In this document: positions 1 through 13,854 of the stretch, one piece after another
How the letters are laid out: each line of letters begins with the position of its first letter
Numbering within the stretch: the stretch's first letter is position 1
Source: the human T2T-CHM13v2.0 reference genome, Homo sapiens
Strand: one strand, 5' to 3'
Assembly: GCF_009914755.1 (NCBI RefSeq)
Contig: NC_060938.1
DNA length: 64,000 bases
Position numbers and translations under genes: made by a program
The notes under the pieces: generated by a model
The model's database searches: none
Told to the model about the DNA's origin: nothing
The model's input: the letters and a program-made list of their open reading frames with translations, nothing else

Positions 1-293
<293 letters not shown>

Positions 294-1354
294 ATCTTGA
301 CATTTTCGAAGCCAAATCTCTTTCTGATATTATCAAACTATCCTCTGCTGGTATTAAACTTTCCAGCTTTAGATCCTTCACCTACCTTTCACTTTAAGTT
401 GTCAGATAATGACTTCACTTTTTCTGGAACCACATTAGAGTCTATAGCTATGCCTTTCTATTGCAATCCTATACCCACATAAAAGCTGCGTTTTCAATAC
501 AAGATAAAGTTATTTCACAAAAAGTGCAAGGTTTTCATGCCTGCTGGCATAGCTGCAGTAACAGTGTCTCAAATTTCCTTTTCACAGTGGTCCTTACACT
601 GGATTCATTTATCTTGAAATTGTGAGCAACCGCAACTGCAGACCTCAATCTACAGTACATTATCAGGCAATTCAACTTTTCTCTCTTAATGTCATGACTT
701 TTGTCTGCTTCTTAGGAGTATGTCCAGCATCACTAGTGGCACTTCATATGATTCCCATGGTGTTATTCAAAGTTTACGGCATTGGACTAAACATGATGAA
801 AAATATATGAGAATCACCAGAGATGTCTTTTTACTGGGATAGGCAATTTACTGGAGAGACAAACTGCTCATGAGCATCATACAGTGTTTTAAGCAGATAC
901 AACCTCATACAGTGTTTTAAGCAGATACAACACTTAAGCTTACCGAAATAGCAACAGGAGGTGGCTATGAAATTATTACAGTAATACAGTATATACTACA
1001 GTTAATTTTATGTAGTGACGATTTAACACTGCATCTTTATGTTTGTTTACATTTCTCTTGACTGCGGATGGTCTGGAAATGTTTGAGTGTGTAAATTTTA
1101 GTACATTTCAACTTTTTATAATAGATTTGTGTATATTTTATGGTAGTAAATGATAAAATACGCTAGTATCTACATAGATTTTATGCACTCATGACATACT
1201 TTTTCTTAATTTTTCCATATTTCTAGGCTACATGGTTCGTCTGCTAGTTTTTTCAAATTGTTAGAAACTGCCAAAAATTTTCTAATATGTGTATTGAAAA
1301 AAATCCACGTATAAGTAGACATACACAATTCAAATTCATGTTAAGGGTCAATTG
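294..1354 (-). mobile_element. Tigger2-type (pogo/TcMar) DNA transposon, 5' part with decayed transposase
   Basis: Minus strand starts CAATTGACCCTT.. (Tigger2-like TIR) flanked by TA at 1355-1356. Minus-strand translation gives decayed pogo/CENP-B-type HTH fragments (AVAHNFKINESSVRTTVK; LSCIENAAFMWV; FNTSRG*FDNIRKRFG) with stops and frameshifts. Confidence 0.8.
877..931. repeat. Direct tandem duplication, 27 bp x2 (period 28)
   Basis: tcatacagtgttttaagcagatacaac at 877-903 and 905-931. Confidence 0.95.
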
Positions 1355-1369
1355 TATATTTCTATCTCT

Positions 1370-3365
1370 AGCTCACATTTTTCTCTGAGCTTGAGACACA
1401 ATTATCCAACTGTCTACTTTATCCCTCTAGGTGAATATCTCAAAGAAATCCTACAATAATCACATCCAAACGCAAACTCAATCTCCACCCACAGCTCTAC
1501 CTCTGAAATACGCCCTTCTTCAAGTGTTCCTGTTATTTGCAAGTGGAAGCATCACTTTCTCAACCGTAACATTCAGAAATGTAGACGTTATCCCTGTTGC
1601 CTCTTTCTCCATCCTTAATATCTGATCCATCCTGTTGACTTTATCTTTTTAAATATTTCCTGAATGTTTACTCTTTTCTACACACCCATGTTTACTCTAG
1701 TCCAAGCTTCTATCACACTTACCCAAACTTGTGGGGAAAAGCAAGAGAGATCAGATTGTTACTGTGTCTGTGTAGAAAGAAGTAGACATAAGAGACTCCA
1801 TTTTGTTATGTACTAAGAAAAATTCTTCTGCCTTGAGATTCTGTTAATCTATAACCTTACCCCCAACCCCGTGCTCTCTGAAACGTGTGCTGTGTCAACT
1901 CAGAGTTAAATGGATTAAGGGCGGTGCAAGATGTGCTTTGTTAAACAGATGCTTGAAGGCAGTATGCTCCTTAAGAGTCATCACCACTCCCTAATCTCAA
2001 GTACCCAGGGACACAAAAACTGCGGAAGGCCGCAGGGACCTCTGCCTAGGAAAGCCAGGTATTGTCCAAGGTTTCTCCCCATGTGATAGTCTGAAATATG
2101 GCCTCGTGGGAAGGGAAAGACCTGACCGTCCCCCAGCCCGACACCAAGGGTCTGTGCTGAGGAGGATTAGTAAAAGAGGAAGGAATGCCTCTTGCAGTTG
2201 AGACAAGAGGAAGGCATCTGTCTCCTGCCTGTCCCTGGGCAATGGAATGTCTCGGTATAAAACCCGATTGTATGCTCCATCTACTGAGATAGGGAAAAAC
2301 CGCCTTAGGGCTGGAGGTGGGACCTGCGGGCAGCAATACTGCTTTGTAAAGCATTGAGATGTTTATGTGTATGCATATCTAAAAGCACAGCGCTTAATCC
2401 TTTACATTGTCTATGATGCAAAGACCTTTGTTCACGTGTTTGTCTGCTGACCCTCTCCCCACAATTGTCTTGTGACCCTGACACATCCCCCTCTTCGAGA
2501 AACACCCACAAATGATGAATAAATACTAAGGGAACTCAGAGGCTGGCGGGATCCTCCATATGCTGAACGCTGGTTCCCCGGGTCCCCTTATTTCTTTCTC
2601 TATACTTAGTCTCTGTGTCTTTTTCTTTCCTAAGTCTCTCGTTCCACCTTACGAGAAACACCCACAAGTGTGGAGGGGCAACCCGCCCCTACACAAACTA
2701 ATACAGGTATCTTCTAACAGTCTTTCTGCATCCATGAGTGCTCCTTTTCCAATTCATCCTCCATGCATTTTCTCAAAAACAAACCTGATCACATCTCTCT
2801 GCTTCAAGCCTTTAATACCTTCTCAGTGCTTTTAGGATAAAACGAGATTCCTTAATAAAGTCCAGAAGGTCTTGGATAGGACATCCATTGCCTAACTTCA
2901 CAGATTCATCTCTCACTAAACTCTGCATCACTCTCCACATTTTAGTAAGGCTAGTTTTCCTTCAGTTCTTTGAGCATACCATGATCCCTGGCCCCATTGG
3001 GCCTTTACACACAGTATTGCCTCTGCTTACTATGCCAACATCACCACCCCACCGCCACCACCACTCATCTCTTTATACTGCTTAATGCCTGCTCCGTCTT
3101 CAGATGGCGTCTCAAGAAACACTTGTCCAAAGAAGCCTTCCCTGACTCCTTTAACTAGATGAGCTTCTCCTCATACATGTTTATCACTGCACATATTACT
3201 TGTTTCTAAATACACATTTATTTTTGTGATTAATTTGTGTTCAATGCCTGTCAATCCAAAAAGACCTTAAGCTCAAAGGAGGAAAAGACTGTGTCTGGTT
3301 CGCTCTATTCTATCTGTAGTCCCCAGCAAAAGAGACACACAAGTATTTTTTCAATGAATCAATCA
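1370..3365. mobile_element. Old L2 LINE remnant, interrupted by the HERV-K LTR
   Basis: L2-like pyrimidine-rich segments either side of the LTR (e.g. aagccttccctgactcc) and terminal aatgaatcaatcaa; boundaries approximate. Confidence 0.55.
1730..2693 (+). mobile_element. HERV-K(HML-2) solo LTR, LTR5_Hs type, 964 bp
   Basis: Starts TGTGGGGAAAAGCAAGAGAGATCAGATTG and ends CCCCTACA. Perfect 6-bp TSD CAAACT (1724-1729 / 2694-2699). TATAAAA at 2256-2262 and AATAAA at 2518-2523. Confidence 0.95.
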
Positions 3366-3899
3366 ACATAGAAGCGACAGTGGAAGCCGTGCAATCGAGC
3401 AGTAGTGCGTAAGAATGGGACTTGGAAAGATAAAAGGGACCAGAATAACCGTAGGAAAATATTATAGTTTAGGAATCAGAGGAAAAAATTGTTTTAAGCC
3501 GTCAAAAAGTTAAAAAAAAATAAGCAAAAAGGGAAATAGCATCACTAAAGGCATGGAAGGATATCATTCCAAACAGAACAGGCCACTGAATTTGACAAGT
3601 AGGCAGTAACTAGTGATCTGACAAAATTAATAATGTAAGATGCAGGGAAGGGGAAAATATATGGAGAGAAGCTCGCATCTTTCCAACTCCTTTGGAAGTA
3701 CGATTATAACTTTGTCGATATACTACAACTACATGACGGCCCGAATCAAACAATAATCTAAAGAAATATGTGTGCCATTTTAGATTTCAACATTATTCCT
3801 CTATCCGCATGAGTCATTTTCAGCTGACTGCACATATAAAGTTTAAGGATAAATGTTTTAACATTTGCACCTAAAACGCTGTTTCTCAAAGAACCTTAC

Positions 3900-3976
3900 C
3901 TCCCAGAATCATCAAAACAGACCTCCGTGTGTCCCTCTGTATGCCCATATCTCATTGGCTTCCGTGTGGCAGGCAT
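3900..3976 (-). CDS. WDHD1: WDHD1 (AND-1/CTF4) first coding exon, coding part; exon 2 = 3900-3992; gene continues beyond the left edge
   Basis: Minus-strand ATG at 3976 reads MPATRKPMRYGHTEGHTEVCFDDSG, the known AND-1 N-terminus. Acceptor ttttcAG at 3994-3993; donor GTAAGG at 3899. Confidence 0.95.
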
Positions 3977-4216
3977 GTTTTCCTTTACCTATCTGAAAAT
4001 GTTTTATAAAAGCCAGTCTTATTATTTCAAAAGAGAAAAGCAGCGAGGCTAGGGATAGGAAGAGAGCTTAGTCTCCTCTAGGGCCCGTTCTCCGCAGCCC
4101 GGTTTCCCCCACCCGAGTGACACCAGCGGGATAAGGCAGAGGGTCTGTCAGACAATAAGCCGGAAAGGGAACACGCATCTCCTTGGTGGACGCGGGCAGC
4201 CGGAGTGGGGACTCAC

Positions 4217-4290
4217 CCGGGTGACCGAGCCTCCGCCACTGAGGATCCACAAGAGCTGCTTCCCGCGCTTCGGCTCGCTCACCACACTGC
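4217..4290 (-). other. WDHD1: WDHD1 non-coding exon 1 (TSS approximate)
   Basis: Minus-strand donor CGG|GTGAGT at 4216, inside the CpG island; short 224-nt intron to exon 2. Confidence 0.75.
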
Positions 4291-4424
4291 GCCTGCGCCG
4301 ACCCGCCCACGCCCAGCGCAGGTCCCGACAGAGGTCGCCGGGTGGTGGCGTCAGCTGCGGCGCCCTCCGCGTGGAAATTAGCCGGTTGCCCGGGCAAATC
4401 AGGGAGGAAGGGAGGGAGCTGAAC

Positions 4425-4660
4425 ACGGAAGTGGTGGCGGCGCCCAGGGAACCGGCGGAGGCGATGACCGTGACGGCTGGGTTGGGACCGGAACGCCGAA
4501 GCGGGGTTGGGGGTGGCAGAAAAGCATCTGCTTTGTAAGACCTACACGAGGTGCAGGAGTGGTTGGGCCTCCCCTCTCCACTTAAGCAAGCGCCCAGACT
4601 GATGGCGATGGTGATGGCAGCAGTTACTCGCACAACCCCAGTTAAGCTGCGCTCCGGGAG
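4425..4660 (+). other. SOCS4: SOCS4 non-coding exon 1 (TSS approximate)
   Basis: Strong donor GAG|GTGAGT at 4660/4661 in the CpG island, same strand as the SOCS4 CDS. Confidence 0.8.
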
Positions 4661-5954
4661 GTGAGTGGGGGAAGGGTGGCCGCTGCCTGGCCTCGCAGGC
4701 CGGGGTCTTGTTCCTGCCCTCCAGGCTCTCCTCCCAGGAAACAATATCCGGATCCCTAAAAGGATCCGGTCTCTTTCTTGGGGCCCAGTTAGCAGACAGA
4801 TCTTTGAGCATCTTCTCTGGAAAAGAAGGCGAGATCTTCTAGAGCCTCTAATCTTGGCATCCTTCGTGCCCTCACCTTGTCGCTTCTGTAGAGATAAAGA
4901 AGGAATGACTTAATTTCTGTTCCGGTTGGTTCTCTTGGTACCTGAAGGTATAATTAATTAATGCTCAATTAATGCTTATTCTTTGCGACTCTATATATCC
5001 GTTATGAAGAAAGTAACTTGTGTTCTCTATTCAGATCCCACCTAAAGTTTACTGAAGTGAATATTTATAACCAAAAGAAGAGTTATAACTTAGTAGCCTT
5101 GAGCACTTACATTTGATCCATGCAATATCTGCTAAAGTCTTGGCCACTAAGTTTAAGTTTATGCTTTTCTTGTATCTTCATTCTCCATATTGGTACAGCA
5201 GCCTGTGATGAAAACCTTCAGAATGATATTCTTTCATTTGTACTTATCTTTGAGAATTTTTCTGCGTTTTTGTGATACCTTCCAGTATCAATCACATTTA
5301 TTTTATTACCTGAGACGTTTTTCTGTTGAAGAGGTTTCCCTATTGTTTTTTTCAATCTAGTTCCATTGTGAAAAGTTGCAAACACACAGGCAAACCGTCG
5401 TGTTCTTACCGTGGGTGGCATTGTGTGAGGCGTTGTTTTTAGTACTAGAGCTCCAGATAGCCTTGCTAGACGCTGAGGTTTGTATATGAATGAAGAGGAA
5501 GAATGATTGGCTTAAAAACAACTTGGGATTTGTGGAAAAATAACCCACTGTTGATCTCCCGAAAGAGCAGTGGTACCAGAGATGATGCTTTCTGAGTGAC
5601 CTAATTTTTTTTTTTTGGAGATCATTTGTTTCTTGGATAGACTGGCTTATAAATTTTTTCGTTCAAGTATCAATATCATTGGCTAGAGTACATAGAGTTC
5701 AAGATGAACTCTCATAATATTCGTCTCTATGTTGAATAAAGCGTGGTGAGATTTCTGGTTAGTACTATTCAGAGCTCAGCATAAGAAGAATCTGCAAATT
5801 GGAACAAGTTATAGCTACAAAATGCCTTCACTATAATATCTGTAATACCCATGAGACTATGATTGATGTCCACACATCTGTCATTTTCTCTTATCAATCA
5901 AGCCATTTGATTCATAGGTTAAAGAACAATTTTCTTTGCAGATTTTGCATGTAT

Positions 5955-6110
5955 GGTAAAAGCTTGAGCCTCCGAGTTTAACAGTCCTGGGTTTTAATTC
6001 TAACTGACACATTGTGTGACCTTGAATATGTTCCTTTACTGAAAATCGAATTCCTCATCTCTAAAATGGAGATGACACCTACCTCCGTCGCATTGTTAGA
6101 GTATATAGGA
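5955..6110 (+). mobile_element. MIR SINE remnant
   Basis: MIR core-like tgtgaccttg...ttcctcatctctaaaatggagat. Confidence 0.6.
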
Positions 6111-6559
6111 GATACTCATGGATGTATAAAAGTAATTGTTATTAATATCTCATGTTACTAAAGGGGTGCTTTGGGTGGGTATTTAGTGTTTTTTGTTTAA
6201 AGTGGGATTTGTTTAAATAATTATCCAGTAAATTTTTCAAATATTAAAAAATGTATTCTTGTTTTTGCTAGTATCATGTTTTCACAATTCCATTTGTTTC
6301 AGTCAAATGGCTACAAATTGTAATACCTTCAGTGAGTTTATGGTCTTGCTGAGGGAAATAGACATTCAAACAATATGATCAAGATGATAGTGCAGTAATG
6401 AAAGATGTGTAACTTAAATATTAGCAAAATTGTCTAGTTAGTTAAAATAACATAGTTTTTTAAAAAGAAATCAGTGTAGCTGTGTCACTGATAGGAGTAT
6501 CAAAAATTTTCCAAATGTAGTTATTTGTCATTAACAGTGCTTATCTCATAGGTGTGGGT

Positions 6560-6740
6560 GGCTAAATGAACTGACTGAAAATGATGCCAAAGTCACAGAT
6601 TCAATTGCAGTGATGGTTAGTTAGCTTTGCTGTGTTGTAACCACTCATACTACCCTTAGACTCACAAATATTTTTGCTCCCAAGGACAATTGGGTGAGAA
6701 AACATGGGTACATTGCCATTCTACCAATGATGGTATTACC
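6560..6740 (+). mobile_element. Ancient tRNA-derived SINE remnant (MamSINE1-like)
   Basis: aatgatgccaaagtcacagattcaat...gttagctttgctgtgtt resembles the recalled MamSINE1 head; heavily diverged. Confidence 0.4.
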
Positions 6741-9051
6741 TATATAAAATCATGTGATCTTACAGGATTTATCTAAGAGGATATATCAGTATTGGCTTAT
6801 GGAAGGAGTTTAAAAAATTATTTTCTAGTAAAATATGTACTTGGTGTAAAAATGATTAATCTTGTGAAAGGTAAGGCTAGAAGAGTGTAACAATAGCCAA
6901 GGAGACCAAAGTATTGAAAAAAGAAACATTGAAGGCACTTTAGAAATGTGAAGATTTTTATATTTCCAAATGTGTCCTGAAACTTACTAGCCTATTTAAT
7001 AATTTTGGGGTAAATAGTACTTGTCTGTATGTATACTTAATATGATATAAAAGGCAATACAGTAAAAGTCGTCCTCCTACTCATACTCCCAGCCATCCAG
7101 TTCCCCTGGCTAAAGACAGCCAGTATTTGATTCTTGTATTACATTAACACTAGATCCTTACTACAGCAAGATGAGATAATCAGTGTTATATAGATAGAAA
7201 AACAGAAAAGTTGTGATTTATCTAGTCTTTATCTAGTCACACACCTGCGAAATGTCAGAGCTAGAAATAGAACCCAGGTCTTTCACCTAGTCCAAGGTAG
7301 TCTACCGCACTGATTCTCCAAATCATAGCTGTTGCCACAAAACTTAGAATTTAGTAAAACATAAAGTCTAGAGTCACCTTTTACTAATTTGTACGTAAAA
7401 CTTGTTACCCAACCTTAAATGTAAGCATATGTAATTGTTATAAAGCAGTGAAGAAAATATAATACAATCTTATAAAATCTTTGCCTGTTTCTACTTAAAT
7501 CTATTTACTAAGCTTCTAAAAAACTACAATTTTTTGTTTTAAAGAATTTAAAACTTTTTAAAAATAATATATTTAACATCAGGAATAATATAAAGTGCTT
7601 TGTGATATTTCAGAAATGGAAGAGCCTCCTTGACTTCAGATTTCTGAGGCACGTTTTTGTGCAGATTTTCTAGCCTTACATATAGCCTTTGTTTCCCCTC
7701 CCCTTTTTCTTAAAAAAATAGTGTTCTTTAAAAAAAGTGTTCCCACCTCTCATTTTTAGAAATGTACTTCTTCTAACATGAAAAGTTCTGAGTAATACTA
7801 GGAAGCAGTTAATATTTCTTTTCATTAAGTTCAGTGTATGTTGTTTTCATACCTTTTACTCCTGGCAGTAAAAACATGAGGTAGCTGGCATTATCCAGAT
7901 TTTACAGTGGGAGAACTTAAGCTAAATTAGATTTTTTTAAACCAGGTAACATACCTAGTGAGTGGAAAAGTCTGAATTGTAGCCCACATTTGACAGTTCA
8001 GCAGCTCATGCTATTTCATCTTCACCATGTTTATTTTCAAATATGGTATAGTGAAAAACAGTGTAGGTTGTTAATTTTTTACAGATCTTTAAAACTTTAA
8101 AATTTTCTCTTTATGCTTAATTGGTCTCACAAGAAAAAAGAATTCAAGGAAATAAGCCAAAATGTCAAAATTGCTTGCTTTTAAATAATGGAATTATAGC
8201 TTTTTTCCCCCTCCTTTTTAAACTTTTCTGAATGGTCCATGTATTATACAATGAGCATATATTGTTTTTATCATAACAAATTACAGATTGGAAGAAAAAA
8301 TAAATCTGTTCAATCTAATTTATTCCATAAAATGGTTCAGTATTATATCTTAAATATTCTGTTTCTTAAATTCTGTTAATCTTCCTTCTGCTTTTAGAAG
8401 TTCAGGTACTGCCAGCTCGTAGTTTCTGCTTTCTTCACTCTAGATTAGCCCCTTCAGTGATGGGTTCCTAGACCTCTCTCCTTATCTTTAGCTAATAAGC
8501 TTAGGGAATGTACACTGATGTTAACAGATTAGCCCATTAATGTTTCCCCAAACTTTCTTCCACAAAAGGATTTGTGGCAAAGTAAAGACAGGAAGCTATG
8601 GTTTATGCAGATTTCTTTACTGAAGGATCTCCTGGGAACGTTTGCTAAATATGCACTGTAATCTTTGAGAGAAGAAGCATTTCCCAAACTTATTTGACAA
8701 GAGAACCTTTTTTTCTCCAGAATATGTGTTAACATCTTTCAGAACTAGTGTCCACAAGAGTACAGAGTGGGGAAAAGTGACATAAGCAAACTATAATTAG
8801 GAAAGCATGGAAAAAGTGGGGAGAAAGGGAAAGGAGGGTGTAGTGCTACTAAATCAATGATTCTTTTTTAGAAAATTGCAATTAAGTCCCATGAGCCCTG
8901 GCTCAGTAGCATGAAAAAAGGAGATACTTTAAAATATTTACTGGAAAATGAACCTGTATTGCTTCTGTAATGAGAAAACATTTGTTTTTTAGGTCAGATA
9001 TTTTCCCATACAAACAAACCTGTTTTCAGATTTTTTTCTTAACATTCCAAG

Positions 9052-9180
9052 GAGTTCATCTGTTGTCTGCTCTCCAGTGACTTCCGTTTGTGGAGCCTAA
9101 GTGTTTCTACAGAATCCAACTCAAATATCAAGGACTATGATCAGAATGCTTTCAAGGAGTTTTTGGGCACATGATGGCAG
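9052..9180 (+). other. SOCS4: SOCS4 non-coding cassette exon 2 (129 nt)
   Basis: Pyrimidine tract plus AAG acceptor at 9050-9051 (alternative ttttcAG at 9029); donor CAG|GTAAAC at 9180/9181. Consistent with the recalled two-isoform SOCS4 5'UTR. Confidence 0.7.
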
Positions 9181-9981
9181 GTAAACTTTGGAATCATGAA
9201 TTTCGTAGGGAAAGTCCCCAGGCTTAATTACTACCAGAATAATAATATATTTGTGAATTATTAATGTAGTATACTGAATTATTCTTTATAGGATCAAATG
9301 TATTCCAATTTAGTATTTACATTAGTTGTGGTGTTAGATGTATGTCAGCATCATAGACATAAGTAGTTCAATGAATAATTAACGTATGCAATAATGCTGT
9401 TATCCTACATCATAGAGGATACTAATTAATTTCCAGATAAATGAAGCTTATCCTTTTAATTATTGGATTTGAATTGTTTCCTGTAGAAATTTTGAATTAA
9501 AATCACCTTCTCAGCCTTAGTCAGTATTACTAAATGTTATTTAAATATTTTGTAATGAAAATTGACATAATGGGCACTCATTTTGTTATTGTTGTCATTG
9601 TAATTTGTGGTAGAACCTGGGACCAAATAGTGGCAGAATCTGGGTACTTGTTTTCTTGAGAAGGCTTTTATATAAACTTGCTTTTTAAACATTTGCTTTT
9701 TGCTCATTAAGAAATATGACTTAAAAAAAAAAAGATGTCATTCTGTACTCCCCAGGGCAATGTAACATAGCTGCCTTCGTAAAAAATTAATTATTGAATC
9801 AAGAGCCAAAGCAGCCTTTTCCCAAGTGATTCTTTCACCTTCTTTTTAAAAAGCTTTTTTGCAGCTACAGTCAAAGATCTTTGATTTGTCACCATCTTTC
9901 AAACCATCATCTTTGATTTCTGTGTCACATGAAATTGTTGGTAAAGCCACCTTATTATTATTCTACCTCATGTATACAAAG

Positions 9982-10270
<289 letters not shown>

Positions 10271-11040
10271 CTATACAAAGTTTTTATAAAATTTTAAGAA
10301 TTAATGATAGGCTATCTGGAACAACTTGTTCGGATTCAGAACCCTACACTTTTTTTTTACATTCAGATTTTACATGTATGGACAAGATACGAAAGCACAA
10401 TTTCAAAAAACTAATCTTTAGTCTTCATAACAATAAAAATAATTTTTCTCTCACTAAAATTAAGTTATTTTTATTGAAAGCAACATGATTGATTTTTTTA
10501 TATTTTAGAATTTTGGTTCAAAGAAGCTTCTGGAAGAGATTAGAAAATTCTCTTTATATGTGTTTAAGTATAAAGATATGAAAGTTTGATAGACTTCTCT
10601 CATTTTTTTGTAACAGAATCAAATAATGGTGAAAGAAATTCTAAATATCTTTTTTCTGATAAGATCTCTCCATAGCACACAGTTATTTTTTAAGCAGTTA
10701 CTTTCTCAGTAATTGTTAAGATGTTACCTATGCCGAAAAGTGAATGATTAAATGTATGTGTTTTTAAAAAATATATCTATCTGCTAAGTAGCTTCTGAGA
10801 GCCACTTGTTATTTCAGTAATGGTTATGAAATTTAGAACACTTGTTATTTTGTAAAAGAAAAATGCACAACTCCTCTTAAAAGTTCAACAACTTATGTAA
10901 GTACTTTGTCTTGAGATAATTAGCAGACCTTGCATGTTATAAAACGTCTATGGTCATGTCTCATTACAAAGTATTTTAAAGATTCTCTTGTTTAAAATAA
11001 TACAATCCACGAAATATTCTAGTAAGATATAAACAGTAAA

Positions 11041-11338
11041 GCTGGGCACGGTGGCGCATGCCTGTAATTCCAGCACTTTGGGTGGCCGAGGTGGGTGGAT
11101 CATTTGAGGTCGAGGAATTCAACACCAGCCTGGCCAACATGGTGAAACCCTGTCTCTACTAAAAATACAAAAATTAGCTGGGCGTGGTGGCACATGTCAG
11201 TAATCCCAGCTACTGGGGAGGCTGAGGCAGGAGAATCACTTGAACCTGGGAGGTGGAGGTGCAGTGAGCCGAGATCGCACTGCTGCACTCCACCCTGGGT
11301 GACAGTGAGACCCTGTCTCAAAAACAAACAAACAAAAA
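11041..11338 (+). mobile_element. Alu (AluS-like)
   Basis: Full dimer; TSD aagatataaacagta. Confidence 0.93.
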
Positions 11339-11740
11339 GATATAAACAGTACACTGAAAGTTAATAAAGAAATGGAGAGGGCTGGCTGCCATAATTTGTC
11401 AGCTTTTTGGAATTCCCATTCTTCTCTTAGGAACAGCACAGACAAATGACCATCTGACAATGCATGATGGTAACATTATCAACCATATTTAGTACTAATA
11501 TTAGTTTTTGTATGTTTTAGACAAATATAAATAGAAAAATTTTCTTCCAACTTTGAAGACTAAAATATCTGATGACATTCTGGATCATATATTGATGGGG
11601 CAAAAGATAACATTTTATAAAAGTAGGACTTCTTGAGCATGAACTTAACAGTTCTCTAGCAAAAGAATAGCTACGCAAAATTTATATAAAGCTCTAATTC
11701 TGAGATAGATACAAAACAGTAACTAATCAGAAAGTTTTCA

Positions 11741-12362
<622 letters not shown>

Positions 12363-13535
12363 TAAGTACAGGTGAACGTGTGGAAAACTCAACTAGGGCA
12401 GTGATATTTTTCACTTTATTTTATGGACATCTACAGCATTAGCACACGTAAAAACAGTTACCCTAAAATCCAAACACACTTGATTGACTGGTACCTGTAA
12501 CATACAAGTTGGGAGTCTTGCAAAAGAAAACCTGTTTTGTTAGCGTGTAAACTTGTTCTTTGGGGGAAGATGTCAAATTTTTCTGTAACTTCATGGTCTA
12601 TGAGTTTCACCTGTATCTGACATGTGGATCCTTTTTCACTTTGAAACATTAGTTTTCCTCCTGAAAATTATATTTGCTCATGAAAATCTCTTTACCTTGT
12701 AGTAACACTGCACTAGAGACAGAGGTATTCTGTGATTTCTTCATTATGAAGAAAACTGTAAAGCCAATAAGACTGGCTTAGGTGCTTTAACAAAACAACA
12801 TATGTAATCTTTGTTTCTTTTTAAAACAAAAAGAAAATATGAACATATATGTTAACATATATTGAGTAATTAATACATTTAGGACCTGAGCTGAATACAT
12901 GCATTATTTTATCCCCAACAGCCCAGTGAAATAGATAGCATTAGTACCTCCATTTTACATGTGAATGCACTGATGTTTCAAGGTTATATGGCTAGCACAA
13001 AACAGAAACTGGACTTAAACCATGTTTCTTTTTTTTTTTTCTTCCAGAAATATTTTAATAAAAATTGGCCATTTCCAAGAAACACCCACTGCATGCCCAT
13101 GAATAAAAGAGAAACATAACAAAATAGAAAATTTACCATATGGCTATGATTTAAAGAAAAAAAAAATGCGGACACGAGCACATTAGCAAAATATTAAAGT
13201 CACATGTCTTCTTATGGACTCAAACCATGTTTCTAATGCCTGCCGCCGCTATGCTGTGGGAATGCATCCTTGCCATCCATATACATATATAGAGATACTG
13301 AGAATGTTAAAGTGGTTACTGCTGGGTGGTGGGATTATGGATATATTTACTTTTTCCTTATAACTTTATGCCTAGTTTGGGTTTTCCATGGTGAGCATGA
13401 ATTTTCCTTCTCAGAAAGACTTAGTATCTCCTCTTTATCTCTAGGCTTCTAAAATTAGAATAATGTACTTTGATGTTGAGTGGGATCTTTCAATATGGAG
13501 GTGCCTGTCCTTTAGTCCTGGGACATTTTCTAACC

Positions 13536-13854
<319 letters not shown>

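Larger units (their letters stand above)
4080..4720. promoter_or_regulatory. CpG-island bidirectional promoter of WDHD1 (-) and SOCS4 (+)
   Basis: High CpG/GC content with divergent first-exon donors at 4216 (-) and 4661 (+). E2F-like TTCCCGCG 4260-4267, RFX X-box-like GTTGCCCGGGCAAA 4385-4398, ETS/GABPA CGGAAGTG 4426-4433. Confidence 0.9.

Noticed and set aside
1997-2835. ORFs within the HERV-K sequence
   Set aside because: This is a solo LTR with TSDs on both sides; no primer-binding site or gag/pol/env sequence is present
4068-4913. Overlapping ORFs up to 198 aa across the WDHD1/SOCS4 CpG island (similarly 28825-29366)
   Set aside because: Long open frames are expected in stop-poor GC-rich DNA; they cross exon/intron boundaries and show no recognisable domain
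6540-6640. tRNA-like boxes
   Set aside because: Too degenerate for a cloverleaf; better explained as an ancient tRNA-derived SINE head
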